Origin: Bugula neritina
Lineage: Eukaryota > Animalia > Bryozoa
Assembly: GCA_964035545.1 (NCBI GenBank)
Contig: OZ037772.1
Location: 8,425,150-8,489,149, forward strand
DNA length: 64,000 nucleotides
Direction: 5' to 3'
Both the position numbers and the translations under genes were made by a program. Shown in pieces: positions 1 through 13,604 of this stretch (within the stretch, counting starts at the first letter, position 1; every line of letters begins with the position of its first letter). The notes beneath the pieces were generated by a model. The model was not told where the DNA came from, ran no database searches, and worked only from the letters and a program-made list of their open reading frames with translations.

Positions 1-26
1 TATTCAAAGTGATCTCTATTGTACAG

Positions 27-869
27 GTCGTAGGGTTGTTAACAGACCAAGTGCACAGACTAGCAGAGCTCTATGTTCAGTACGAACCTACTGTGTTCAT
101 GCATAGGATACTGGAGGTGGTTTCATACACACTAGAGTTCCTTGATGAGCACCTCTCCTGCTTTATTGAGCAGTCTGGTGGATTTGAGGTATCAACTTAG
201 GGAATTCCCTTCATGTAACCTTGGAGATTCCCTTAATGTGACTTTGGGGATTCCCTTTATGTGAATTTGGGGATTCCCTTCATGTAACTCCGTGGCCTAA
301 GGATTAATAGAGCGTTTGTTTAGTAAACGCAAAGTTGTGGGCTTGAATTTTGGCAAAGGCCATTGGTGATTTTAGGAAGAGCATCCAGTCATAATTACTC
401 CTGTTCTCTATATGAATGAATCTTTAGCCTGATTTAACAAAAAACCCTTTCTATTTAGGGGTTTTTCACAGGGATAGTGATTATAAACTTGTATGAGTTT
501 CTGTTTAAAAGAAAACGTATCTCTAGCTATTATGAATATATTTTTTTTCAAGTATGTTTGAATCAGAATAAATTTAGAAACTATTAAAATTATTGTACTG
601 TTATATACCTGTTTATAATAATAACCTACAAATCACACACACTTAGTTATTCTAGCCATGAATAGCATTTTAGTGATCTATTTATATGTATTGCTATTTT
701 GGTATGACGTATTTTATAGCGCATCATTATACTATGTCATAGCATTTCATATATCGAAACGCAGTCATATATTTAGGGCATAATATAGTAGGCTTGCAAT
801 TTGTAATTCTTAAATGTTTTTTTTTTGTAGAGCCGTTCAAATCAAGCCTGCAACAATCAAGAGACTTGA
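27..869 (+). CDS. 3' end of a putative divergent Bcl-2-family gene (last two coding exons: 27-188 and 831-869); gene begins upstream of the window
   Basis: Acceptor ttgtacag|27 and donor GAG|gtatca at 188 bound a phase-0 54-codon exon, VVGLLTDQVHRLAELYVQYEPTVFMHRILEVVSYTLEFLDEHLSCFIEQSGGFE. Its end resembles the BH2 motif (cf. YLNRHLHTWIQDNGGWD). A strong acceptor ttttttgtag|831 gives terminal SRSNQACNNQET*. Family call is by eye only. Confidence 0.5.
199..290. repeat. ~21-bp minisatellite (gggattcccttcatgtaactt-like), ~4 copies
   Basis: Tandem imperfect copies visible directly. Confidence 0.8.
291..497 (+). mobile_element. tRNA-derived SINE, family 1 (5'-degenerate copy)
   Basis: Shares 'ggccattggtgat.ttaggaagagcatccagtcataatt.ctcctgt' and the 'ggggtttttcacag.gatag..a.tataaa.ttgt.tgag' tail with the copies at 13604-13820 (+) and 10974-11177 (-). 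Confidence 0.75.
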
Positions 870-1149
870 GAAAAGAGCAATTTTCAATTAATTGATTTGT
901 TGAATTGTAATTATATTACTTATAGTTATTGTTATGAAATGCAACTCCCTGTATTGATAAATATATTCAAGTATATGAAACTGTTTTCTTATAAACTACA
1001 TTAAATGGCTTCCATGTGTGTAGCTATGGAAACCAATACACAAAAAAAAGGAAATTAAAATACTGGTTTATAAGCATGCAGTAGTTGAAAGAATTTTCAG
1101 TACATTGAGTAGCTTAGAGTATAGGGCAAGACAGAATAGATAAATATCG

Positions 1150-1345
1150 AGTAGTGCAATACAGTATAGAATGTTGCAATACAATATAAAATAGTACAAT
1201 ACCATATAAAATAGTACAATACCATATAGAGTAGTGCAATACAATACAGAGTGGTGCAATACAATACAGAGTGGTGCAATACAATATAAAATAGTGCAAT
1301 ACAGTATAAAGTAGTGCAATACAATATAGAGTAGTGCAATACAAT
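1150..1345. repeat. 20-bp minisatellite (gtagtgcaatacaatataga), ~10 copies
   Basis: Direct tandem periodicity of 20 nt; explains the three spurious Y/C/I-rich ORFs here. Confidence 0.9.
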
Positions 1346-1953
1346 AATATATAGGACTAGTTTAGAATAGGATAAATGCTTGGATGAGACATTGAAGAAC
1401 CAAATATATATCGGAAATTCTCAATAAGAAAACTGCATCCTTATAAAAGGGTATTTAAAAATTAATTATCATAGTTATAAGTTGAACATGAAAGCATGTC
1501 ACAATGTTTGGTATTTGCGGTAACTCTAAAACACTTTGTTGAAAATATATAAAATCATTGATAACTAATTGTGCAGTAAATAATATACATTCTAATTAAA
1601 GTTTCTGACTATAGACATTTATTTATTATGGTAAAGTCATTGAATATGTAGTTGCTGCTTATTATAACATTACAAAAAATTGAGTGTAAAAACAACAATT
1701 TATTTGATAATGCAAATAAAATTTTATGTTAGTGACAGAATATAAATAAAACTTTTAGTGAAAATATTTTATTAAAATTACAATTTCAAACTTTTTTTAG
1801 TATATAGTGTTATATTTATAATGCAAAATTAAATGCAGCAAGTAATAGAAATTGCAAAACAAATCAAATTTAAAAGAAAATCAAAATTTTTATTAATTCT
1901 ATTCACTAAAGTGCTGCAGCCAAACAGTATTTATATATTTCTGTTTTGTAACT

Positions 1954-4900
1954 TTAAGCAAAGAAGCCCCACATGAAGAAACCAAACCCTACAACTATAA
2001 CAAGGTTCATTTCTACAAACAGTTTTCCCCATTTTGACTCTTTAGTGCTAATCACAACTTTCTCAGCGCTGTTCTCTCCTGCGGCAGCATTTTTCTCTTC
2101 TAGTCCACAGAACCAGGACAGCAGACAAGCTTTTAGTCTGCTCCGCTGCTGAGTTGGCGCCTCCTCAATCTCACTTTGACTCTCTTCCTTTTCCTGATTG
2201 ACCAATAACAAAATATTTTAATAAATTGAAAAATTAATAGGCTATTCATAAAATTGACCATGTAAACCAGTTTATGATTCTTCACATAAAATTTACTTAA
2301 ATTCTATTAACAACTTTTTATCAAATTTATGCTCAAATAAAAACTGAACAATTCTCATGCATGTGACCTTGTGGCTAAATATTGTAAAAGTCCATTATCT
2401 ACTAAACTGCAATTGACTTTTCTACTTTGGAATTCTCGAAATAAGTTCCTTTCAAGCACAAAAAAATTCAAACTACTTAGAAAACTATAAACTAAAAGTT
2501 TAGGCTGATATCATGATTGCTTAACGTAACTTACTTCTCCATCTTTTTTGACTTTCACTTCCCAGTTTTTATTGTACTGATCTTTAGTCCACCACGTTGT
2601 CTTATAAATCTAAGAAAATCAATAGTCATTGTATCAGCTGTGAATAGTGTAGGATACAAAACAAACAACTAAGTTTATGACTATTTAATTAAAATTAAAG
2701 ATGCTTGTGCATATGTATATAAATGTTAATAATAGCAGAAATTATAAACTCATAATTGAGAAAATGATTATAATTTTTAGTGCAGTAAAACCTACATTTT
2801 TGAATGAAATGAAAAGTATTCTTTACTATACACAAATATCCACATAATATTTCAACCATTTTTAAAACTAAAATGGAAAGAAGTAAACACTGCACTAAAA
2901 TGCATGTTTGCAGTATTAAATATATTGTTTGAAGGCATATATAGAGAATTACAACTGAGCTTGTCTTAAACAGCTACATCATAACAATTTTTCTATAATG
3001 ACAACTCCCGTCATTATTTACTCATTGCATTAAAATATTATGCTTAGCAGTTTAGCTATTTGATGAGGTTTTACCAGCTGAGGAGAGGGGGGCTTGGTTA
3101 GGATGCTCACAATCCAAATCACACTGATTGAAAGGGCAAAGAGGAAGATTCCAAAGTGGAGGTAGTGTATTCCATACACTATCCACGGTCTTGTTTCTGG
3201 TTGGCCACAAGTCGGGGCGGTATATGCAAAGTCCGCAATCATTCGTGCCACCCCTACTATAAATCCGACTAGCAATCCAGCGAAGGCACCCTGTTTTAGA
3301 TATTCAATATTCATATCAATCCGTATAAACTTTATCTAAATTAGTTTAGAGATTCAATAAGAAAGAATAAATGTAAATTCAAAATAAAATTAGTTTAACT
3401 TGGCCCATGCATCTGAGTTGCTATTATTATACAATATTATATTCTAATTTTATGTTATGTATAGTGCAGAAATAATCAATCAAAATGCACACTATATAAT
3501 TACACAATATTGGACCGCATAGATTAAAACTTACATATAAATTATAAAGTATACATATAAATTAAACTATAAATTTGTAAACATGCATAATATTGTAAGA
3601 ATTCAAAAAAACCATGTTGATAAGGTACTAATACTGCTGGTGTTTTAAACCATGCAGATATGATCGTAATAATTTTTTTACATTAAGACATAAAATGAAG
3701 ATGTGAGAAGACTTTGCACAATAAAGTGCTACTAACAACAAGCCAAACTTGAATGCATTTCATCACAGTACATGGTTATATATCTTCAATATGCAATATT
3801 GTAATATCAAACCATATATTAAAATTACCAAAACACTTAGTCACAGACCCACCTATTTTAAACTGCATTTTATTAAATTTTGTTCAGTCAAATTCTATAA
3901 AATGTATAAAATAATTTTCCTACATAATATATTTATTTTAGTTTTACACTAAAAAATATTATATTACACTACATATTATATATTTTTTACTCTATATTAT
4001 CTACATGTTATTCGACATAATATATTTTCTATGCTATACTGTATAATCTACATATTTTATTCTATGTTCTATAAAACATAACTTTTTAGGTATGTAATAC
4101 TTACACTTGGATTATAAAATTAACTTATATTTCACCTTTTCATTAGCCCTTGTTGTCATGACACCCATCATATACACAGCACCAACAGGGGGAGACAAAT
4201 ACGATGATATAGATTGTAGGTAGTTGAAGAGTTGTCCTCCCTGACCTCGGTCAATTATGGAAAGCCAAGGAATAGATATTCCAACAAATACTAATGTGAA
4301 AATTCTAAAATAAAAATGTGGGGAAGAGAAACTCCTTATTGAATGTATATATATTAAAATAAAATTTATAAATTAATAAAAATGAAGTTATATAAAATGC
4401 ATCAATATATTTTTTCTTTTTGTGTTTTTGTATATATAGTGCCCTATTTTGAGCATTAAAATTTATTTCACATATTTAAATTAGTGTAAAATTTTCATTG
4501 GATATTTTATAGAAGTTAAAGATATTCAAATGAGCTTAATAATTATTATTACCAAAAAATTCTAATATAAGCTTATATAAGCAAACACCGAATGTTAGAG
4601 TCCGTTCTTTAAATTATTTTCAGAGTGTCAGGGCGTAACGCATTAGATAACATACACATTCCCCTACCTTCCTACCAACATCAACTCTCTATCCGAGGCA
4701 TTCTTTCTGGCAAGTTTCCAAATGTCAAGTGTGAACACCGTGCTGCCGGAATTAAAGATGGAGGTGAGTGAGCTCATCAGAGCAGCCAACATGGCCGCCA
4801 GCATCAAACCTCTCAATCCTGAAAAGGTGTAACAGCTTTATCAACACTATATACACAGCTTTGAAACAAAACAAGTTACTGCTGTAGCCTCCATGAGGTC

Positions 4901-7900
4901 ATCAGTATTTGAATTTGTCTTGCTTGATTTTTGATGACTCTGCAAGTAGTTAATTTTTACCGTAACAAAGCCTCTTATACATGGGCTATGTAGATTAGGA
5001 AATTAATCAGCTAGTCTCAAGGTGTCATAACTCCTACTGATGACTTTAGCAACTCAAGTCAGCAATTTTCAAGTACTTAAATTATCAACTACTTAAATCA
5101 ACAAATTTCATACTTAGGATATTAAGCAAAAATATGTTACTATTGATCATTAAATTTTTTTATTGCCACTTAATTTTTAAAATAATATGGAATTTTTTTC
5201 CAGAACTTGAAATATATTTTCTAGCTTAGGTTTTTGTTATTACTGATTGAATAAAAGATTTTGATAAGTAGCCTCAGTTTTATCTCATTTGAGCTGCTGG
5301 GATTGAAGCCCTTCTATACCTTCCCGTTAAAAAGCTAGGACATGCTTTATAATAATGTGACCCAGGAGCCAATGAATCGTTATCCGAAATTAACTCACCT
5401 ACTGGCATAACCCTGTGCACCATGCTGACGTAGGCAAAGTTAGAGCAGCCCTGCTCTATGCCACATGCTGCTTTACATTCCTCAGCTGTACCACAGGCTA
5501 CGATATCTGTAAGCCAATTAAATTAGTTGCACGCCAAAAGTTAAGAAAGCAAACTTGTGAGCATATTGCACATGTAACATACAGTGTCATATTGAAAATA
5601 ACATCATGTCACTGCATGACATGTGTAACACTATATGACATTGTATGACATTGCATGTCACATTGTTTGACACTGCAGGTTATGTGTGACACTGCATGTC
5701 ACATTGTTTGACACTGCATGTTATGTGTGACACTGCATGTTATGTGTGACACTGCATGTTATGTGTGACATGCATGACATGTATGAGACTGTGTGACACT
5801 ATGTCACATATGTCACTGTATGACATGTATGATACTGTATGACATATGATGCCATAAATAAGGGGGTGAGAGCAAGTTATATTGAATGGCCATAAATTAG
5901 TGAAACCAAAGCAGCTGAAGTCATATATTTGTACTTCACAGAAGAACTTATTGTCAACAATTGACTGGTTTAATGTTGTTGTGAAATTTATCAATTCAAT
6001 TAGCACTTTAAATGTTAACTTATGAATTGAAATAACTTTACTTGCTGTCTTTTAAATGTTAGTGCATGAGCTTACATAATACCTGGATTGAGAATCCTCG
6101 CTATCATTCCAGGCCAAACCATGAGAAAGAGGGGTAGTATCTTCAAGTATCCGGCCAAGATGCTACCCCCTTTAGCATGCAATGTGTTTTTAGCAGAAAG
6201 CAGCCTTTGTACTAAAACCTATAAACAAAGTTGATTAATTGGCAATGCAACTTTTAGGAGCCCAAGCTAAAAATGAATTTAATCTAGAAGCATATTCATT
6301 AACAACTTTTAAAATATTCACAAAAGTTAAAATTAATTATTCTGTATTAGAAACTGTTTGGTAACAAGCAGTGAATGACTGACAAGCTTTTTGCACGTGG
6401 GTAATATTTCGAAAGTTCAACTGCCATAAAAATTTTCAAGAAAACTATTTTTTGTTCACTGCCCAACTCCAGTTTTAGCATGCGTTGGTTGAATTTAAAA
6501 TGAAGACGGATAATATATAATATATTAATCAAAACAACACATATGATATATTAAATAATGCAAACTTTAAAGTTTCAATCTAAATTGAGCAAGAGATTAA
6601 AGCATTTCTAGGAAAAATTAATTACATAAAAACTCAAACAAACAAACATGTATTTATAAAACAATAAAACTTTATACAATACTTTATTTACTGCAGATAA
6701 CATTTCATTCACTGAAGATAACCAATATTTACTGCAGATGCCCTGTTTTCTGTTTTGTAAAACTGTCATATATCAAATCAAAAACTTTTTCACATTATCA
6801 GAGAGCTAATTAATCTAACCAACATAATAATATTATGTTTAACACACTACAAAACAAAGTTGTGTCCAAAAGTAGGTAGTATTTTAATGTCATTCAACCT
6901 TATACAGAATTTGCATCTGCACTCCTATAACATAACATTTTTTCATGCATGTATATTAGTTTCAACCTGTCTAACTTTATATAAACAGTGTCGATTGACT
7001 ATAGCTAAAATATTAGATCTATCTTTCAAACCAAAGGCTATGCAACTTCCAAGTTAATTTGTATCACAGTTTTCAGCCAATCAGAACTGCTGGAAAGTCA
7101 ACCAACCTGATCAGTACAGAAGTACCAGTAACTTAGAATAGTAGCTCCAAACAACACCCCAGGCCATGGATAGTTGGGGTCAGATGCGTCTCGAAATATA
7201 TGGTCAAAGTTGTGTGGGGCCTCACCACACGTATCGTTAGTCAACAGGAACTCAGGCGATGGCGCTGTGGCTAGGTATTCTTGCATCATCTTCTCATAAC
7301 CTCCAACTTTTATGAGACCTGCATAGTTGGCAGAACTATTGTATATCTGCATGTGAAGGAAACGAAACTATAAACATTTAAAATAAACAGTTGCCTGAAA
7401 ATACTTTCCTAAAAAATCTTCAAAAGTTATTTAGCTTCACATCTTGCCATAAAATATTTTCAATTAATATATTCATAAGTTGCTATATGTTATGTCTGAT
7501 TGGCGTAGAAATTACTGGATAGAGAGTGGTTTATGCTAGTTAAAGCATTATTCTAGTATTCAATATTTATGGTTGATAATCATAAAATGAAAGTATGTTG
7601 CATTATGTTATAGTTATGTATTACACTCTATTATACTATAATACGCTAATGCACAATATAATAACATCTATTATGCTACACCAAATTATAACAACATATA
7701 TTATACTAAATCATATTATAGCAACTTATAGTGTAATACACTACATTATATTGCAGTAACATATAATATATATGCTGCAGTATACTATATTATGATGAAA
7801 TATATGTCACATACTGAGAACAGATAAAATTGTTCCACCAATCAGAATGACTGCTGTTTGGAGAGCATCAGTGTAGATAACACTAGCCAAACCTCCGACA

Positions 7901-10406
7901 ATTGTGTAGAGTGCCGTGAAGGCGAGTAGGAGTAACACTGCCAGGTATCGGTCCCATCCGAGAGTGTACTGAATTATCAGAGCTCCTCCGTATATCTCAA
8001 TCTAAATTTAGACATTATGATCCTAACTGTTGGAATTGTCCTATGAGCAGCTCCGATTTGGGGGTGAATGAGTGCAGTAGTTTGGAACTCTCAAGTTTGG
8101 AAGTAGAGGACCCAACTCCAAACTTGAGAATCTCAAACTACTGCACTCAGTCACCCCCAAATCGGAGCTGTTTATAGGGCAATTCAAGGTCTACAGTTAT
8201 AAGATTGTTTACTTGGCCTTATAAGCTTAAAACTTATTGAACAAAATTTGAATACCCTGCACGAAAAAAATGTATAGGATTCATTCCAACATCTAAAATT
8301 TTCTGACACTGTTTTTCTGTCGAAGGAGTTTGCAAAAGCATCTATATACTTGAACTGCTATATTATTTGCTGCTGTCCATGTATGCACCATCCTTTATTG
8401 TGTGGAAATCGCTAGAAGCAGTATTAAATTGGAGGTGACTGAGTAAAGTATTTGTATACATAATATTATAGTTGTGAGAACCCCAAGCTTCTAACTCCAA
8501 GACCCCCAAACCATGCACTGCACCAACTCGGTGCTGTTTCAAACAGTTTTATAAAGCCTTATCTAACCTAAATATTTTATACTCTATGTTGATGTTTTTG
8601 AGGGCGGACGCATGAGCCACTCTCTAAAGTTTAATGTTTTGCTAAGGAACCACTGTGCCGCATAGTTTACACTTACAGAAAGTTTGGTTAGGACAAACAT
8701 GATGAGGTTTTGGACAGCGAGATAAACATTGCATCTCTTCCCACCAAATCTTTTCCGGATATACTCGGGGGTAGTGTAGACGCCCGATGAGAGGTACACA
8801 GGCATGAAAATAAAGCCGAGCAGTTGTATGAGAAATAACCCCTAAAACAACATTGGCAAAATTGTCTATAAGCAGCAACAAGTTGGGGTCACTGAGTGCA
8901 GCTGTTTGAGGTCTTGTGTTTGAAGTTAGACTCCAAACTTGAAAACCCAAACTACTGCACTCAATCACCCTTAACTCTGGGCAGCTTATAGATGATTGCA
9001 ACATATTTCACCATTAAAAGTATAAGTACAAGAATAATACTATCATAATATAGGTAAAGGGTCGCATAAATTAGTTATACACTCTGCTATTGGGCGACAG
9101 ACTCACCGTAAACTCATAGCAGACAACAGCGATGCCGTTCACAGAGGCAGCTCCGCCAATTCCCATAAATGAACTGCTGCCAATGTTACTGACGTACAAA
9201 GAGGCTCCCACCTGCATAAGGTCAATAATAATATTATATTAGTTAGAACTCTGACCTAGTAAATAAAATAACCCATAAAATAGTAATACTCGTGTCACAT
9301 TTAATGAAGAGCTCATAGGACTAGTAGAATATAATAAATTACTTGTATAACACTCAATGAAGAGCACTCATAAGACTAGTAGAATAGGTATAGTAAATTA
9401 CCAAATACCAGGTCATGCTTCTCCCAGCCAAGAAATACCCCTCAGAGGTTCCCCGAGAACTTTTCCTCGCAGCCTAGCAAATAAAATATCCTTAATATAT
9501 AACATATTCTTCAAAAAATATATGTGCGTTCAATCTTTTTTTGCATGAAACCAGAATAAGAGAGGATAACTCTAGAGCTTGTATCAAAATCAACTAATCA
9601 ATTATTCAGTCTGATTCTAAAAATTAAATTAAAATCAGGCCAAAGGAAGATACCCTAAAAATAAATAAAAAATGCACTAAAGAATATCATTAATTTAGAG
9701 TTTAGTATACAAAATTACTGGGTCTGCACTCAGAATAAAACATCAAATGTTATGTAAAGAATATGGGCACAGATTAACATGTAGCTTTCAAGTAACAATA
9801 GTATTCATCAATGTAGCTACAAAATTATACACATGTAGTCGGGTAGTGGCCTATTATAATAATGTAGATGGCAATTAAAGCTGAAAAAAGGAACAAAAAG
9901 TAATATGAAAATGCTACTGTAATATAATGTTACTTTAATATGACATGAGTGTTATTATATAATGACTATAATATAATATGACTGACATAATGAAATGGGG
10001 TGTAATATAATGTTGTGTAATGTTATATGATGCAATATAATGACATCATATGACATCGCTGTAATATAACATAACTGTAATATAATAATATAATGTAATA
10101 TAATGCTACTGTAATATATGTTGTGACAATGTAATGTATTAAAGAGATCAAGACTTTGGATATTGCTAAAAGCAGCATCGTGTTGGAAGTGACGAAGTAC
10201 AGTATTTCTTATATACACATCATTGCCCTAACTCAAAAATCAAGACCCCAAGTAATGAACCCAGTGACTACCAACTCTGTGCTTCCTCAAGCTATTTTTA
10301 AGATTTGTCAGTGACTCACCCAAAGTCCGACAGCAACTGTCAGGGTAAAGTGTAGCCCTATTACCACATAGTCCGGCCACTCAACACGAGGCGCCGAACC
10401 CAACAT
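1954..10406 (-). CDS. Sodium:solute symporter, SLC5A family (SGLT/SMIT-like sodium/glucose or myo-inositol cotransporter), 13 coding exons, ~640 aa
   Basis: Exons, all GT-AG and phase-compatible: 10406-10320, 9473-9402, 9211-9107, 8841-8677, 8001-7815, 7318-7107, 6218-6083, 5506-5399, 4818-4668, 4304-4136, 3290-3075, 2609-2535, 2193-1954 (sum 1923 nt). SLC5A motifs: [111 protein letters not shown]-terminal WFCG...WGFFA*. Exact orthologue not assignable. Confidence 0.93.
5570..5845. repeat. degenerate ~20-bp minisatellite (tgtgacactgcatgttatg) in an SLC5A intron
   Basis: Tandem copies clearest at 5660-5770. Confidence 0.8.
8033..8185. mobile_element. foldback/MITE-like element (~68-bp near-perfect inverted arms)
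   Basis: Left arm gaattgtcctatgagcagctccgatttgggggtgaatgagtgcagtagtttgg...tcaagtttgga matches the reverse complement of right arm tccaaacttgaga...caaactactgcactcagtcacccccaaatcggagctgtttatagggcaattc. Confidence 0.8.
8860..9000. mobile_element. degenerate copy of the same foldback/MITE family
   Basis: Shares 'ctgagtgcag', 'ctccaaacttga', 'caaactactgcactca.tcaccc' with 8033-8185. Weaker relics at ~8405-8550 and ~10235-10300. Confidence 0.6.
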
Positions 10407-10973
10407 CTTTCAAGGTCACAGCTGACTGTATAGAACTATAGCTATAGTTTGCTGACAAACCAGAAATTGGTTCTACAAAACTTCAGGAAAGTCGACTATA
10501 CACCAACCAGCCTGCAGGGGTCACAATCAGTCACGAAGCAGATTGAGTTATAGCTGAACTGTTACTTAACCAGTGAATCTTTTAGCTGTTGTAATGTTCT
10601 ATAAACTGTATACTACTAAATTACTCCATGTCAAAGTAGTCCACGTAATTAAATTAAAACAGCTGGTCTTGTTTATCACAGTTGAATAGCTGATCTTGTC
10701 AACTGACTATAAACTGAAGCTGTGAAAAGTTTGAAATGAATAGCTAATTACCAGTTCACAGTTTATCAGTGAAGGTACTTCAAAGTGAGATAAAATTTCT
10801 TGTATAGATAAAAAGATGTCAAATTAACTAGATTCCAATAAATACCTGATCAGCTAAATTTTTATTGCATCATACATGAGATAGTATAGTTATAGAACTA
10901 CTGATCGCAAGTTTAGTATAACCTAGCGTTTTATAAAGTTGATGATTATGTAATAAGAATCCTTTACAAGAAA

Positions 10974-11177
10974 CTCATGCAAGTTTATAGTCATTATTTG
11001 TGAGAAACCCTGATGTAAAGGGTTTTTGTCAAAGCGGGCTAAAAACTTATTTAGATGAGGCACAGGAGCAATTATGACTAGATGCTCTAACATTACCAGT
11101 GGCTTTTGTCTAGGCTCGAATCCATGACCTCGTGCTTATTAGGCAAATGCTCTAACCCTTAGACCACGGCTGCTCCT
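10974..11177 (-). mobile_element. tRNA-derived SINE, family 1 (full-length)
   Basis: Minus strand begins GGAGCAGCCGTGGTCTAAGGGTTAGAGC...GGATTCGAGCC (Pol III A-box and B-box), followed by the family body. Confidence 0.8.
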
Positions 11178-11869
11178 TTGATAAGAATCCTTTATGTAGG
11201 TTTAATTTTCTAAACAAATTAATTTATATATATTTTAACTGAAATTTTGTATACAGTTACTTAAATTTCATATATTTTCCTTCTATATTATATAGTCTGA
11301 TTTGAAGGCTTTGAAACTTAAAGTTGTATATTTTCTCAATTTCTAAAATTTCATGAATTCATCAATAAACCAATTTTTGTATTTTAATAAAAGTACCAAC
11401 TAGCCTCTACTGACAAAATAAACATTTCAAATGAACCACATCTTTATTGTTTTATTGATTAGTTGATTGATTAACTTTTATTGTTTTCATTAATTATAAT
11501 AGATTGATTCTATAAGAAATGACGCACCAAAAGCAAAGCTTTGTTAAACTCAAAGATGTTGATATATCAAATCAATTACAAGAATTGCTATGCAGATATC
11601 AAATTAGCCTTTCAACATGCAATTTTCAATGAGCGCACAACTCACAAACTGCTATAATTCTTTCATGTCAATAAATTACATTAATTGTTCCTTAGTTTCA
11701 TTTATTACTTCATGCATGTTTTCATAATATACCATGCAACAGATACGACTACAGATAAAACACAGTATTACATAAGAGAAAGTTAATAAAGAATTTACAA
11801 AACTAAACAAAGAATATCGTGTTGAAAATCAGCTAAGATTTGGAATCTCATTAAATATTAAAGTAAATA

Positions 11870-13510
11870 TTAATCGATTTCTTCAGAAGTTGTCTCATCT
11901 ACACTGGGCAATGGGATGTCTATGTTTCCCTGGAAAACACAATTACCAGATTTACAATTACGTAATGACTAGACATGTATAAAATTTTTATCGAGAATAA
12001 TAAAAAAAAAAAAAAAATCAAATTTTGAAGTTACCTTTAGCATAGAAAATAAATATTTTTATAGGCATAATCTTGAAACAAATTGCATTTAGAGTTATAA
12101 TGATATAGTCAATGTTGTCATATTTGAAACAACTGCAGTGAAATATTAATACTATAGCCTATTCTACTCTATTCCATTATACTATATATTACTTTATACT
12201 ATATTAAAACATACATTTTCACTTAAATGCATTACAATTTAATGTTATATTATTTTATATTATGTATTGTATTACATCATATTGTAATATATTGATATAT
12301 ATAAACTATATATATTGCCTACCACACTTTAGCATATTATATTACACTATATACAGCACTATATATCATATTATATCATATATTATGCTACACTAAAATA
12401 TATTATACTGCATTTAACATATTACACAAAATTATATTACAGAAAATAAAACAAATTATGTGTATTGTGATGATGACTGGCTGTTCAATAAAAACATTTA
12501 ACAGAGTTTCTGTGAGACCCATAGGAGTTATACTCCCATGCATACAACCTGATATCATGTGTTCAATTCACCAGTAAAAGCTTTAGTAGGGGGTGTTTAC
12601 TTACCCAGCCTTTCTGCTGAATTATCCATCTACTGAATCTCTCCCTACTCAAATATTCTATGGCTAGATCTAAGGCTTCCCTAGCCTTACAATTCCTCTT
12701 CAGTTTCACCAACACAGAAACTAGTTGTGCTGCAAACACTACAGCCTGTCGAATGACCAATCAGAAAACAGTGTGAGTGCGCTGTATATAGCATTATAGT
12801 GTAATATTATCTATCATTATATAGTGTAGTATATCTGATATATTTGATATCCACCACTAGGGGAGAACATATCCACCACTAGGGGAGAACATATCCACCA
12901 CTACAGAAAGGATATATATACATCACTAAAAAGAGGATATATCCATTACTCTCTCTTTGCAGTTGCACGATTTGACAATAACAATGACCATCACTAGGGG
13001 AGGATATGTTCTCCACTATAGGGGGAGAGGGAGTGGGGGCGATAGACCCACCACTGAGAGAGTGATCCAGTTGACGCAGGACCCAACAAATCTGTCCATA
13101 GTCCTGATAAAAACTTCACTGCAACCTGGGTGGTCTTCCATCGCCCGCACACAGGTCTTCACAGCCAGGGCTAACTTTACCAATGAGTCCTCTCCTTGAA
13201 AAAGCACCATTCCTACCAAAAGTGCCCACATGATATAATTAATGACTGCAGTTGCATGGATTTATAAAAGTTCTAAATTTTTTATGAAACTTAGTTAAGC
13301 ACAAGTTCAATTTTGCTTTACTCAAATAACTGCAATAAACTTGTGCAAACACTTTAGAGACATACACTGTGTACCCACACTCGTGTGCTATAGAGTGCAA
13401 ACACACACGCACAGGTACGTGAGCGCACACGAGAACACAAGCACACAAGTACACGAGCATACACACAAAACAACAAAGATCCACACACACCCACACAATT
13501 AAATATAAGT

Positions 13511-13604
<94 letters not shown>

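Noticed and set aside
1068-1344. Three overlapping 76-83 aa ORFs
   Set aside because: Translations of a 20-bp minisatellite. The units have no unique spacers, so this is not a CRISPR array either.
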